From the NCBI GenBank assembly GCA_043228905.1, contig JBHGNT010000018.1, positions 11,718,001-11,782,000 of the forward strand: a stretch of 64,000 nt of DNA. The letters are read 5' to 3'. The translations under genes were made by a program, and so were the position numbers. Of the stretch, positions 25,594 through 38,833 are shown one piece after another (the first letter of the stretch is position 1; each line of letters starts with the position of its first letter). This DNA comes from Azolla caroliniana. Lineage: Eukaryota; Plantae; Polypodiophyta. The notes under the pieces were generated by a model. That model ran no database searches. It was not told where the DNA came from and saw nothing but the letters and a program-made list of their open reading frames with translations.

Positions 25594-26581
25594 GTTCTCA
25601 ACCCTTGCGCTCTAATACCATGTGAAATGTTACGTGCGGAAGCTATATGAAACACAGAATACCAACAGGGAAAAATAGGTTTAATGGAGAGCTTAAGACA
25701 CGATGTACGCGGGAGAGACAGATAGGGAATTAACACATAGAAAAACTAAATTCGAATAATGTGTAAACTTTGTACATAGGATGTGCTCACAGAGCACTTT
25801 TATACAAGTCCATACGGACTGACAGAAGTACTGACACATACTTCAATACTCATAACTGAGCTCCTACACTAACTCCCAAATATATTCCCTCACGGAATAT
25901 CTGTTCAACAGCCTCCCAGTTTCCGCACCGATCCGGCCTCTTGTTGCGCACCGGTTTGCACACCGGTTTACGCATCGATCCAGCCAATGTTGAGCTTGTA
26001 TCTCAACATAATCCTAGTGGTTAAAGTTACATATCTTCTTTATGTTCATAACACATTGGACGCCTCTATTATGAACTTCATAGATATGATCACTTGCATT
26101 TATGTAGAGTTGCATTTCTTGCACCAAATGATCATTAAGAAAATTATGATAACTATCAAAATCAAACAAGAAAATTGTTCTATTCCATTAATATACCTAA
26201 ATGTTTGATGCAAATCATTAGGTTCAAGTAAATGTGAAGGAAAAATGCATTCACATGAACTTAAGTAGTTGGTATGAACATCAAGAACATCAAAAGACTC
26301 ACTTGTGTGCGGCATAGATTTGTCTTGAGGGGGGGGGAGTATACATTGACTTCTTCTCAAGACAACAAGAAGTGTCTTTTTGTGTAGCCCCTCTTCCTAC
26401 AATATGCTCAAAAGAGGTTTGGTTTCTTTATGTTACTTTCAAGATTATCACTGGATTGTTTAAGTTTCCCAATCAACTTGACGTCCAGAGTTTTGACAAA
26501 GTCAGGTTTATTGTGGTCTTTCTTGGAAGTCCTATGGTGTCAATATACAATGTTGATAGCTTCCTCGAAAGTTATGGTGTT

Positions 26582-29500
26582 TGTAGAAAGTAACGCGCGG
26601 AAGCAAGTATGAAGACCGAACAGAAGGAAGGAAACTCAAGTTCAATGGAGAGCTTGAGCTTACACGGTATACGTGGGAGAGACAGAGAGAGTGAGAGAGA
26701 AGACACAAAAAATATAAAGAAGTACACAATCTCTATTCACCACACTCTATACATATGTGTGTTCCATGAACACTTTTTATACAAGTCCTCGAAGGATTGA
26801 CCGAAGTATTGACCGTACTTCAATGCTCTTTAAGAACTCCTACACTAACTCCCAAATATATTCCTCACGGAATATCTTTCCTAACAGCCTCCCGGTTTAC
26901 GCACTCGGCCTAACCGATCGGTCCCAACCGATCCAGTCCTCGGCTTCTTCAGCTGATCCGGCCGATGTTGAGCTTGTCTCTCAACACTCCCCCTCAAGCT
27001 CAACTCGAGGCTCTTCGGGATCCTCGGGCTCACGGCTCCGGTTCCTCCTGGCTTCACACCTCACTCGCGCTCCTCGACCTGTTCGACTCCGTGTGCTTCG
27101 ACCCTTCCAGTCGGCTTGTCTGCTCATGCGGCCCTTATCAGCTCTTCTGTTGTTGCGGTGTTGACGCTTCTCCTGCTGCCTTTTTTTTCGCTTGGGCCTC
27201 TGTTGATTCAGCGTATCTGAATCAAACATCCGAACCGACTCGGCTACCTCCAATCGGTTTTTGCTCTTGTCCGAGTTGGCTGTCTCCAACTCATCTTCGG
27301 TCTTCTCACCCTTGGTGGCGTCATCTTCCCCATGCGTGGTTGGCTTCGGCTCTCTCCTTCGGCTGCTCCCCTTCTGTCCGCTTTCGGACTTTTCCGCGGG
27401 TCCGCCCTCGGCTTCTTCAGCCGATCCGAAGTCGAACTCGTCAACCGAGTCAACACTTGAGTCAACCGACTCGGTGTCGCGGTCTCCGCTCCTTTCTTGC
27501 TGCTTTGCTTGGTCGTTCGGGACTGTTCTCCCCCTCAAGTTCGGCACGTCAAGGTGACGCAATCCAAGCGCACCTAAGAATTGCCGCAACTTGTCCAGAC
27601 CAAGAGGCTTGGTGAAGATGTCGGCAGCCTGCCGATCCGTCGGAACGTACTGAAGTTCGACTTCACCAAGAGGACACGCTCACGGACGAAATGGTAGTGC
27701 ACCTCAATGTGCTTGGTCCATGCGTGGAAAACGGGGTTTTTCGCGAGTTGGATGCTGCTGAGGTTGTCGCAGTAGATCATTGTTGGATCGGACACCTCCT
27801 CTTGCAGGTCCTTAAGTAGCCGCTTCAACCATATGGCTTCGCATGTCGCGACAGCCGCTCCTCGGTACTCAGCTTCGGTGCTCGACAATGCAACTGTCGG
27901 CTGCTTCTTACTGCTCCACGCGATCGCGGCACTCCCGAGGGAGAACGCGTATCCGGACGTGGATCAACGATCGGCGATGTTGCCAGCCCAATCAGCATCG
28001 GTGTAGCCGACTAACTGCGTGGCTGCACCGGTCCGATATAGCAGTCTGCGGTCCTTAGTGCCGCTTACGTACCGCAGTACGCGTTGCGCACACTGAAGGT
28101 GCTCCTCGGTAGGTCGCGCCATGAACTGACTGATCACCCCGACCGGATAACTGAGGTCGGGTCGGGTGATGGTCAGGTATATGAGGCTTCCGACAATTTT
28201 TCGAAACCTCGTCGGGTCGCATACCTTTCCCATATTGGGACGAAGCTTGACGGGTCTGTCCAGAGGAATCGAGACTGACTTACAGTCGGCCATCCCAAAT
28301 TTGAAGAGCATACTCAACACGTAGTGACGTTGGTTGATCAATATGCCTTCGGGGGTACGGATCACTTCGATCCCGAGGAAGTAATGAAGGTCCCCCAGAT
28401 CCTTCATGTCGAACAATGCCGCAAGTTGGAGCTTCACACGGTCGATTTCACCGAGGTCGGTGCCGGTGATGACCAAGTCATCAACATATAGTAAAATACT
28501 AACCGGTCCGAGTCGACCTTTCCGGATGAACAGGGAAGAGTCCGATTTTGACGTGACGAAGCCCATCCGACGCAGTTGTTGCGTGATCTTCGCGTTCCAG
28601 GCAAGCGGGGCTTGCTTCAGTCCGTAAAGGGACTTCTTCAGTCGGCATACTGCCGAGGAGTTCGTTCCGGAGTGAAATCCGGGGGGTTGTACCATGTACA
28701 CCTGTTCCTCAAGGTCACCTTGCAGGAACGCATTCTTTACATCCATTTGATGTAGGTGCCACCCCTTCACCGCAGCTACTACGAGCAAAACACGGACGGT
28801 CGTCATTTTCGCAACCGGCGCAAACGTCTCATCGTAGTCGATGTCGTGTTTCTGCGCGTAGCCTTTTGCCACTAGCCGAGCCTTGTACCGGTTGACCGAG
28901 CCATCTGTGTTGTACTTGACCTTGTACACCCACCTACACCCGATCGGCTTCACACCCTTCGGTGCGTCAACCAGGTCCCAGGTCTCGTTCTCCGCCAATG
29001 CGTGCATCTCTTCCTCCATCGCGGCACGCCAATTCGCGTCTTTAGCCACTTCTGCGTAGCTCTCCGGCTCACTCACTTCTGCTACATGGGTCATGTACGC
29101 ATAATGATGCGCCATGTACTCGTTGTATCCGAACCACAAAACAGGATTCTTCTGGCGGGTAGATCGGCGTAATCTCACATTAGCCGATGTCGAGGCCTTC
29201 TCGGTCGACGCGGTCTTCACCTTTAAAGACCCGTCACCGGTTCCCTCGGAGTCGGACTCGCGTCAGTCTGACTCGTTCCTATCCGTGCCGGAATCCGACA
29301 CCTTCTTCTTCCCTTTCTCTTTGCGCGTAAGCCGTCTCCTCGGCTTCCTGCGCGGGGAATGCACGGCCGAGTCTCCACTACTCGACGGCTCTTCATCGGA
29401 CTGGTCGTACCGACTCAGTCGTCCAATCGGTCCACTTAACCGTAGTGAAATCGGACTCTCTTCGTGGGTCTCGATTTCGGGCTCATCCGGAGGCATCTCG

Positions 29501-32152
29501 GCCTCGCTGACCTCATCGTTAGAGCTCGGATTGGAGTCGGGCTTTGAAGTCGGGGGCTGGTACCAGGACGCGGACTCGTCAAACACAACGTCGCGGCTGA
29601 CACGCGCTTGTTTGGTGCGAGGGTTATAGCACTTATAACCCTTCTGCTTGTCCGAGTAACCGACCAAGATGCATTTCTCGGCTTTTGCGTCCAGCTTCCT
29701 CCTTTTCTCCTTCAGTACATGCACATACACAATGCTACCGAACACCCTCAAGTGTCGCAAGTTCGGCTTCGTTCCGAAATACAGCTCGTGCGCCGACACT
29801 TTGTCTCCGATCCGGTTCTGGATGTATACTGCGGTCCTTACTGCCTTGGCCCAGTAGAACTTGGGCAAGCTCTTCTCCTCCAGCATTGCCCGTGCCGCTT
29901 CCACAACTGACCGATTCTTCCTTTCGGCCACGCCGTTCTGCTCTGGCGTGTATCTACAACTGAATTCGCGCCGAATTCCCATTTGTTGTAGATAACCGTT
30001 GAATTGACCAGAAAAGTACTCTTTCCCACCATCCGACCACAGGCACTTGATCTTTCGTCCCGTTTCCGTTTCCACGAACCCTTTGAGGTCCCGGAAACAG
30101 TCGAAGACTTCGCTCTTCCTCTCAATGAGGTAGATCCACATGTGCCGCGTGTGGTCGTCGATGAAGGAGACGAAATATCGGCTCCCACCAAGACTAACGT
30201 TTTGTGCCGGCCCCCATACATCGGAGTGTATAAGGTTGAGCTTATTCCAGCTCCGATTTTGCTCGTTGGGGAAAGGAAGTCGGTGTTGCTTCCCGAGCTG
30301 GCAGGCTTCACAAATTTGTGCCTTTCGGCCACTAAATTTGGGCAATCCGAACACTACCTGTTTCGATTGCACCCGAGGCCTTCTTCCTCAATGAAGCACC
30401 CGAGGTGTGTAAACCGAACCTCCATCCCTTGGTCGACGATCTGTCTGACCGAGACCAAGTTCTTTGTGATTGTCGGAACGTGCAGCACGTTCATGAGCTT
30501 CCCTTTCTGCCTGACATGGCTAAGGGGAACTTCTCCGACATTCGCGATCGGATGCAGAGTGTCGTCTCCAGTTGTGACTACTCCAAGTTGTATCGGTTTT
30601 TCAAGGTACGAGAACCACTCCTTATGGCTCTTCATGTGGTTTGACGTGCCGGAGTCTACGTACCACAGCTCGTCCGATCTCGGGGTGGTCCGTTTCATTG
30701 AGTTTGCTTCGTGTCTCGTCACGAAGACAGACCCTTCTCCGGCTCTCCCGGAGTCTTCGGTGTAGTGCGATCGCTGCCGATTTCCTTTGTTGGTATGTCC
30801 GGAGCCGTTTCCAGAACCGGTTCTCTCCGAATCGGCGCGCTTCTTCCAGCACTCACTTTCCCTGTGGCCTTTCTTGCCACAGTACCAACACTCGGCGATG
30901 GCCTTCCCTTGCCGGTTCTCATCGCTTCGACTCGCCCTGTTTCCGGAGGGTTCGGAGTTGCTGTCGGCATCACTTCGGTGCCTTCTTCCTTGATCTCGTC
31001 GGCCGACTCCATTGCGCACCGACTCGCCTCGTCCTCCACGTCCACGGGGCCTATCTCCCTCCGTGTACAGCATTCTGTTGTCGGTGTGCGTGCTTGTAGA
31101 CGCACCCGCGTGGTTCTCCTCTACCAGGAGCATTGACTGTAAGTCGAAAAAGGACGGCATATTCTCCCGGGTACACACAGCCGTTCGGAACGCTCCGAAC
31201 TTCGACGCCAAACCTCCGAGACAGATCTGGACCATCTCGCTCTCCTCGATGTTCACCTCTATGGAGGTGAGGGAGTCGCAGATATCCTTGATCTTTGAGG
31301 TATAGTCCGCCACCGACAAGTCGCGTTATCGTAGGTTGCTCAACTCCTATCGGAGCTGAAGCTTCCTGGCTGTGGTGCTCGCGGCGAAAATCTTCTTCAG
31401 ATTTTCCCACGCACCCTTCGGCGTCTTTGCATCCCGAACATAGCTCAATAGTTGTTCGCCCACACACGACGCGAAGCAGTATAATACCCTGCTCGCCGAC
31501 TGCTCCCACGACGAGAAGTCTCTGTGTGTCGATTCGGGTGCCGCGTCATTAGCTCCTTCGACATAACTCCAGTAGCCGTGCCCGAGCAGGTACTGGTGCA
31601 TCTTGTAGGACCAAGACGCGTAGTTGGTTCTGTCGAGCTTCTCTGTTGGAAGCGAGCTCGTCATGCCTCTATCCATCGTTCTTCTTGTTCTTCTTCGTCA
31701 AGCTGTGTCGGCTGCAGAGAGGTTCTCAACCCTCGCGCTCTGATACCATGTAGAAAGTAACGTGCGGAAGCAAGTATGAAGACCGAACAGAAGGAAGGAA
31801 ACTCAGGTTCAATGGAGAGCTTGAGCTTACACGGTATACGCAGGAGAGACAGAGAGAGTGAGAGAGAAGACACAAAAAATATAAAGAAGTACACAATCTC
31901 TATTCACCACACTCTATACATATGTGTGTTCCATGAACACTTTTATACAAGTCCTCGAAGGACTGACCGAAGTACTGACCGTACTTCAATGCTCTTTAAG
32001 AGCTCTTACACTAACTCCCAAATATATTCCTCACGGAATATCTTTCCTAACGGCCTCCCGGTTTACGCACTCGGCCTAACCGATCGGTCCCAACCGATCC
32101 AGTCCTCGACTTCTTCAGCCGATCCGGCCGATGTTGAGCTTGTCTCTCAACA
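26582..32152 (-). mobile_element. Copia element C (LTRs 26582-26986 and 31749-32152), nearly complete but disabled
   Basis: TSD GTGTT and tRNA-Met(i) PBS at 31748-31737. Long ORFs: gag/PR 30354-31319, IN 29263-30372, RT 27964-29220. The LTRs differ by about 11 transitions and 1 indel by my count. Confidence 0.96.
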
Positions 32153-35100
32153 GTGTTCCGATTGGAAATGTCATTCACAAAAAAAGGGAAAAACAACTTC
32201 TCACCCCCAAGTTCTGATTTTTGGATTTGGGTCTAAGCGTGATGCATGTAATCCTCGAGAGGGATAAATGGCCTACTCAACAATGTGAACAAGTGTTGTG
32301 CTTGTTTAGTCTGAGAAGGTGACTGCAAGAATTGTTTCTTGAAAACGTCATTGAAACCTTTCCAAGTTATGGGTAAGTTCTTTGCTCTCCTTAGCACCAA
32401 GCAACAACTTATGGCCACCCAACTCTAGCTTGGGATGGAGCTCAAACTAAGACTCCCTACAATTAAGCCAAGTGTTAATGACCTCGTCTATTCTTTCTTC
32501 TTATATCCCTTGAATGACATGACTATGAAAGAAGGTTCGCCTTCTTTCGTTGAATCAATAGTCAAGTCTTGGGAAAAAAATTCAAAGTCATAATACTTTA
32601 TTGCACTTTGGCCAACTAATTCAAGGTGGTAGTGAGCATTGCTCAATAGTGGTTTTCTCTTGAGTGCGGGATGTTGATTGGAGTGGAGAGTTCTTGGTCA
32701 AAGAAATCGCCCCGACAGTGTTCAAGAGTTGTTCCATGATGCTACTTGTGTATATGCAATGGAAATAAGGAGATTTAGAAAATATGCAAACAAGATGAAT
32801 GCTTGAACTTTTGATTGGAATCTAACATTATGCAAGAAAGCATCTCGTGTATGTACCCCTGTAGGCATATGAGATGTGATTTGAGATCTTGTAACTATGG
32901 TAATACAACAATGTTTTAACAATGTTGTCCTATATTAAATGCCAAACTAACATCCGTTGGTCTAGTCGAGACAGTAATGTATTAAGTGCAAAAACAAGTG
33001 AGCTCACAAGTAGTATCACAGCCGTGCAAGTAACTAGAAAACGTTGTATAAACAACAAAGGGAAAAAAATAGGTCATTATCCATACGAGATGAGAAGTGA
33101 CAAAACTAAGTTTCAAAAACCGTTTGTTGCCTACCAAAAGGAATAATGGAAAATAAATGGAGGGTGTGATCTATTCACATATCAAATTCATGTTAAAAAC
33201 ATGATAGGTACACTCATGTGTGTTGAATCGAGTCCTAAAGGCTTGATTAACTTTAGTGTGCATATAGATGATAATTCGAAACAAGTGCTCAAAAGGTGTC
33301 TGCATCACCTGCACTTTATTCCTAGCCCCAATTTTCTTAAGAATGAGTCTACATGGTAGCTTTACATCGATAGGTAAACTCATGTTTATAATGTAGGGTT
33401 AAACATGACAATCAACGGTAAAAAATAGAGTGAATTGTGGGTAGGCAGACTAGCAATCACAATAAAAATCATAAAAAAGTGGGAAGACACACCTTGTAAT
33501 CAGAAAATGAAAAAAATAGGTGTGTGTGAAACAACCATACCCTAAAGAGAGAAGCTCTACTTCCCCAATAGGTGGCTCAATAGAGGTAAGGGTGGTACAC
33601 GACGCTATATGCAATAAGGCCATGAGTTGAGTGCATACAATTAGTGCAACTATGCTCGACCTCCTGCTCAATAGTTATTAATTTTGCACAACATAAAACA
33701 TGGGATGTAAGCATAAAGAAAAAAGAAAGAGGAGGAACCGTAATACAAACTTTCTTTCAATAAAAAATACAAAATAATAGAAAAGGAGAGAACGAAAAAG
33801 AAAAACATTAGCTTTGAAGTGTTTTTTGAACCTACGAGTGGCGCAACGAGTCATGGTAGATATCCATCACTTGCACAAAAACAACACAAAAAAATGTTAA
33901 TAAACGCTCTTGATACCATTGTTAAGAATCTCTTACTAATCAAAAGACCAAATTAAGGTGAGAGGAAGGTGAATAGATTGGATAGAAGAAAGACTATTGG
34001 TTGTTAAAATCATGTTACTACATGCACCTATCAATCCCTCTGTCCAATCACATTAGTCTCTTTCCAACATTAGCAAAAATACACTTCATTTATATATTGC
34101 AAATACTATTGACCTACCTTCAACTACGTTATACATGCCTAACAAAGACGCAAAGAAAACATGAGATATCATCATGCGAAGGGATCAAGCGATTACCAAA
34201 GCATGAAAGGAATGCGGAGACAAGAGTGTGTTAAAATTTATACAAACTCTTTATCAAATCTATCAAAAGATGTTATTCCAAGCAACTCTTCAAAGGTAAC
34301 GTAGCTTCCTTGCTGTAGATCCTTGACAACAATGCAAGATTTCAGTAGTTTGCATTTAATAACAGAATGCATTTTACTCAAATTGGAGGCAATAGTTTTT
34401 TCTTTCAGAAACCAGTCCATCTAGAAAAGGTGTAGGTGGCAAGGTCAACATTATAGATGTGAATGTGGATTTGGTCACATCCAAAACTTAATTGTGGCAA
34501 GATAAAGGTTAGAATGGGAAGGAAATAAATTTGAGGTGCAAGTGGTTTTGAATGTTAGTTTTCTTTGGTTAATGTACGCCAAGAATTCTAGTGTCTTTTT
34601 GACATCAAGCCTGTTCTGAGATGATCCGCAAATGGTCAGTGATTCCATGAATCTGTTGCATGATTTTGCAATTGTGAAATTTTACTAAGAAGAAAGAGTT
34701 TCTGTTTTTTGAATTCCTCTTTGTTCTGAATGGCATGAATAGTAGTAGAAAATGGCTGGTAGGCATTCTAGAAATCCCACAAGGTTGAGGGGAAACTTAG
34801 TTTCCCTTTTATGCTTCGTTGGAAGATTACCTATGCGTTTACCAGCTTATGATGATTTCGTGATTAGGAGCTCTTGATATTCTTCATCTAAATTAAACAA
34901 ACATACTGCTTTTGAAATTTATGCATATATATCATGCATATGTACTCTGATGTTTTCCGGTTGGAAGGGGATCTGGATTCATAATTATTATTTTGGGATT
35001 AGGATCAGAGTAACAGAAATCAACTCATGTAGTACTTACTACTTAACTTCTGGAGGGGAAAGATCTCTAGTTCATATTGAAGTGGTGGCACTCACATCTT

Positions 35101-35441
35101 GTAATAATAATAAAGAGTCAATATTGCTATGCTCATGTGTCATCGTCCTTAACAACCATGGAGCAAGGCCTCCCAGAGATAATGTAATCAATCTTTAAAA
35201 ACAAATGTGTTTCGTCTAGTCTTGATCACAATTACTTACTAGTACAAGACCTCCAGACCGAAGTAAACACGACATCGCAATGCGAATGCCAGCACTATAC
35301 AATGAATCTATCTATAGGTGAGCACTCGATACAAATATATATGCTTAAGCAAAGCAATGGATAGCACAAAATTCATGATATGAAGAGTCTTTGTCGAAAC
35401 AAACCAACTTGTGGGGCCCTCCTGTATGTTATCCTTTTCTT

Positions 35442-35843
35442 CTAGGGTTTCCAAGGGGCTGGAGGAGGTGGGGCATTGGGATAAAGAGGAGGAACGGCAG
35501 AGAAGATTGTGTTGGGATCGACTCCTTTACCATCACCTCCTGCGAGAGCGACAAGAGCAGCGACAAGGCATGCATTCCCGGCTATGGTCGGCTCTGTGTA
35601 GTTATAATTGGACCTTATATCTGAGAACTTATCATGGTTGTTGGGACCGGCCACCATTGCCCCTACCAAAACATGTGGATTTGGAGACTTGGAATCCCTG
35701 TAGTGGTAAGCCGTGGTACAACCCCTGGACGATTTACCTTGCGGGATGGATGCACCCCGATGATGCACTCGAGTTGGATAGTGCTTCCCGAATCCCACAA
35801 CGTAGCTCATCTTCTCAGGATTGTTTCCCAGAATGTAATCGAT
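35442..35843 (-). CDS. KOR1: KORRIGAN-like endoglucanase, exon 6 (catalytic Glu, Pro-rich end)
   Basis: [44 protein letters not shown]. The six exons sum to 1833 nt, i.e. 610 aa plus stop. Confidence 0.95.
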   Translation of the reverse strand: MDYILGNNPEKMSYVVGFGKHYPTRVHHRGASIPQGKSSRGCTTAYHYRDSKSPNPHVLVGAMVAGPNNHDKFSDIRSNYNYTEPTIAGNACLVAALVALAGGDGKGVDPNTIFSAVPPLYPNAPPPPAPWKP

Positions 35844-36028
35844 CTGCGCATTCAAAAAAAGGAAACATGAGATCCACGTCTAAAATAATCCAATACGCTC
35901 ATCTTACTTTACAAGAGGAATTAGTAAGATGATATGTGGAACTGGAAACATATGAAAAGACGGACCGACCGACCGGCCAGCTATATATGCTCTACATTCA
36001 AGCGAGCTAGCCATTCCATTCCATTCAC

Positions 36029-36201
36029 CTGAGATCTTGCAAAGTTCCTGAGTGTTTTCTTGGCCATAAAGTTGGGGCCACAATTCCAGCCAGGCACATC
36101 AGCAACAGTCATATAATCCGCATACACTGCAGCTAAGAAGGAAGCGCTGGCAACATATTGAAGTGGCTGGGGATTACCATAATTAAACTGCATCATTCCA
36201 C
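36029..36201 (-). CDS. KOR1: KORRIGAN-like endoglucanase, exon 5
   Basis: GGMMQFNYGNPQPLQYV..PGWNCGPNF..LRNFARSQ. AG/GT borders. Confidence 0.93.
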
Positions 36202-36333
36202 CTGCCAAACGAAGCACATCCATCAATGGAAAAATCAATATTCATTCAACACATACATATATATATATAATAGGGGGGGGGGGGGGGGGGGGGGAAGGGA
36301 ACATCCGCAAATATATGAGAGTACTGAACTGAC

Positions 36334-36469
36334 CCGGCGTTACATTGAAGGTTTTGAATTGTGGCAAGTAAGAGCACATGATGAGGTTGGTCTGATTATA
36401 GTACTGCTTGAGAACATCCTCGTAAGGGTATCCTGGGTTCATCATCATTCTAAATCGCGTAAGGACAAC
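36334..36469 (-). CDS. KOR1: KORRIGAN-like endoglucanase, exon 4
   Basis: VVLTRFRMMMNPGYPYED..MCSYLP..FNVTP. AG/GT borders. Confidence 0.93.
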
Positions 36470-36606
36470 CTGCAATGGACAAAGCAATAATAAGTTAACT
36501 TTCTCCTGGCCTTCTTCTACAAATTGGTGGAATTCTTTTTCCACATAAATAAATCCCTATTGTTTCCTGAATTGAATGAAAGGAAACCCAGCGCGCTAAC
36601 ACATAC

Positions 36607-37065
36607 CTGAGCACCTGTGAGCTTGTTATCCCAATCAAAGACACCATAGTATTTCCAGCCTCCAGCAGCTCCTGCATGGTTTGCAAGGGTCTGTTTCGTA
36701 ACGAGATCAAGATATGATGTGTTACCAGTCGCATAATACATCCATGCTCCACCCCATATGAACTCATCCCAATATCCGGTCGAGTTATAAAAGTTCTCGG
36801 CATCGGGAACAGACTTCACATATCTGCCCCTATTTCGCCGAGCAAAATCATATAGAACTCTGGCTCCTTGTACGAGCTTCAGAGAGTAGGCACGATTGTC
36901 TTTGAACACAATGGAAGCAGCTGCCATTGCAGCTGCCATCTCAGCACCAAGGTCAGAGCAAGAGCCACATTGATAAGCCTGCCGTTCGTAATCCATGTCC
37001 TCTGGTCTCTCCCAGCAATAGTGGTCATTGGGAGAGGCATCATCCTTGCTTCCCCCAGTCCCAAC
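36607..37065 (-). CDS. KOR1: KORRIGAN-like endoglucanase, exon 3
   Basis: [48 protein letters not shown] borders. Confidence 0.95.
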
Positions 37066-37427
37066 CTATGACAAAGCAAGCCCACACAACACAGTAGTTC
37101 ACTTGTCTGTCTACCTTCCTTCTCCATTAGCTAGCAAATATTGTCAGACCAGTTCCACATTTCTATGCAAATGGGATCAAAACATCAAGAGAACGCAACA
37201 AATTACTTCTCGCCTAAAATCTCCTCCTGCTTCTAAAAGCGGCTGTCCACATCTCTTCTTTTCAAACAATTAAATACAAAACTCCAGATTACTAGAATTA
37301 CAAAATGGTGAGGTCGAATCCAACCCAACGAGCAAGCACACACCAACTCTTTTAGCCCATCCATTTCACACAAAATGGTAACAGCAAAGAACAATACACA
37401 TAAATGAAGGTTTCTAGGGTTAGTTAC

Positions 37428-37726
37428 CTGAGCCCACAGGACATCGATGCTAGGGGCAGAAGCATTGAAGGTCTTGAGCATGTAGTCGGTGCCCCATTTG
37501 ATGATATCCTTGACATGGTCAAGCTCCCCCATTGCCTCATACTTCGCACTATATTCAATCACACTCCAGCTCAACACAGTGATGGTGAATGCACCTGGGA
37601 ACCCGAACTTTATGTTGTCCCCGGCGTCATAGAAGCCACCAGACAAGTCCACACTTTGTCCGGATCCATCCTCGAGACCAGAATTCCCCCTCCATGAAAT
37701 GTTGTTATGCTTTGGAAGCTTTCCGG
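37428..37726 (-). CDS. KOR1: KORRIGAN-like endoglucanase, exon 2
   Basis: [46 protein letters not shown] borders, phase consistent. Confidence 0.95.
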
Positions 37727-38631
37727 CTGCACAGACACATGAACGGTTTCAACTTCTCTGGTCTAATACAGTAGAGGGGTGGGGGTGGGGGTGGTGGTAA
37801 TTAAGTGAGTGAAAACGAGAGCACTACACTAGATGAACTAGCAGGTTGATTTTCATTTGTGAAAGCATTGCCTTTTGCGTCGTATGTGTTCACATTAACT
37901 GGTGTATGGATAGCGATTTTAAAGTTGTTTGGATGTTGGAGACGGTGACTTCTTGACATGAGAGCGGAAGTATCATTTAACAAGGCAGAGAGACAGACAG
38001 AGGAGAAGGCATGTGAATGCTCCACAACTGAGATAGAAGAAGTCCTAGAATAAGACGACTAAATGGAGGATAAATGACAGAGACAGGGTTGGGGTGAGGT
38101 GTGGTGTGGTGTGGTGTGGTGTGGTGTGGGTGGTTGCCGAAGAAGCGATTGTGCGAGTTGAGTGTGTAGAAGAAGTTACGTTTGGAATGAACATTTTGTT
38201 TGGGTGGAGTGATTTAGGTAGTGTGTGGAGCAATGGCGCTAACTAACAAACTGACTGACTGACTGACTGACTAGTGGCTGGCTGTGACCAGCCAAGCAAG
38301 ACGAGAGAGGACGAAACGAAGAAACCTAGAGGCAGTGGCCAATCCAATCGATGTTATGAAATGTGTTCGTTCATTGGTGGTTTGTTCCAGCGGAAAGTGT
38401 GAAGAGCTCCCCACCCCCCCAACCCTAATCCATGTGTAAAAGAAGGAAAGAAAGAAAGATGACAACAAGAAGGACATGGCCAGTCAGTAACCGTTGAGGC
38501 CCAAATGTGAAGCCAGACAAACAAGCGATTAATTGATTAGCTCCGAGAGTCAGAGAAATACAGGAGTTGGATGTTGTGGCTACTAAGATTTCATTGCGCG
38601 AATCTAGCGGCAACCAGGGAAGGACGGACGA

Positions 38632-38674
38632 TGTGACGGTGACGGTGACGGTGACGGTGACGGTGACGGTGACG
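38632..38674. repeat. (GTGACG)n microsatellite in intron 1
   Basis: About 7 tandem hexamers. Confidence 0.9.
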
Positions 38675-38833
38675 TCGCAAGTTCGGAGCTCCTCGTTGCT
38701 TTGCCGTGGGTGGGAGCAGAGAGTAGTTGAGGCGACTCGAACAAGAAATGGAAGGAGCGGCACAGAGACACAGACAGACAGAATTGTGTTTGTGTTTGTG
38801 TTTGTGTTTGGGATGGGATGGGATGGGACTTAC

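Larger units (their letters stand above)
13104..26008 (-). mobile_element. Copia element A (LTRs 13104-13489 and 25621-26008), degenerate, carrying two nested insertions
   Basis: TSD TAATC (13099-13103 and 26009-26013). PBS TGGTATTAGAGC at 25620-25609. Domain order gag-PR-IN-RT-RH. Confidence 0.93.
10891..26053 (-). mobile_element. Deleted chromovirus (Tcn1-like): 3' LTR 10891-11325, integrase plus chromodomain about 11390-12900, 5' LTR remnant split by copia A
   Basis: TSD CATTG at 10886-10890 and 26054-26058. Chromodomain YEVKSILDSKVVNNKLYYFIDWLGY..TWEP, HPVFHVSLLEP, and integrase zinc finger (AGHFGVHKT..CDAC). 11026-11325 is repeated at 12902-13103 plus 26009-26053. Confidence 0.85.
10770..33918 (-). 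mobile_element. Old, decayed gypsy host element in pieces (10770-10890, 26054-26581, 32153-33918) that received the nested insertions
   Basis: Protease-like pieces either side of the CATTG TSD (YINGIEQF.. and QCINGVV..IDTYMEKLDFYVM) match the protease at 56605-56880. Gag-like WKGFNDVFKKQF lies near 32350, and a Met-type PBS TGGTATCAAGAGC at 33918-33906. Confidence 0.6.

Noticed and set aside
19760-26008. Tandem copia elements sharing an LTR
   Set aside because: The GTTCT and TAATC TSDs show nesting, not tandem duplication.
18749-31305. Many 100-250 aa ORFs antisense to copia gag-pol
   Set aside because: Expected shadows of GC-rich coding frames; boundaries are inconsistent among copies and no motifs are present.
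36272-36299. Long G run, and the G-rich tract at 37776-37797, as G-quadruplexes
   Set aside because: Intronic simple repeats on the non-coding strand with no evidence of function; homopolymer length is unreliable.
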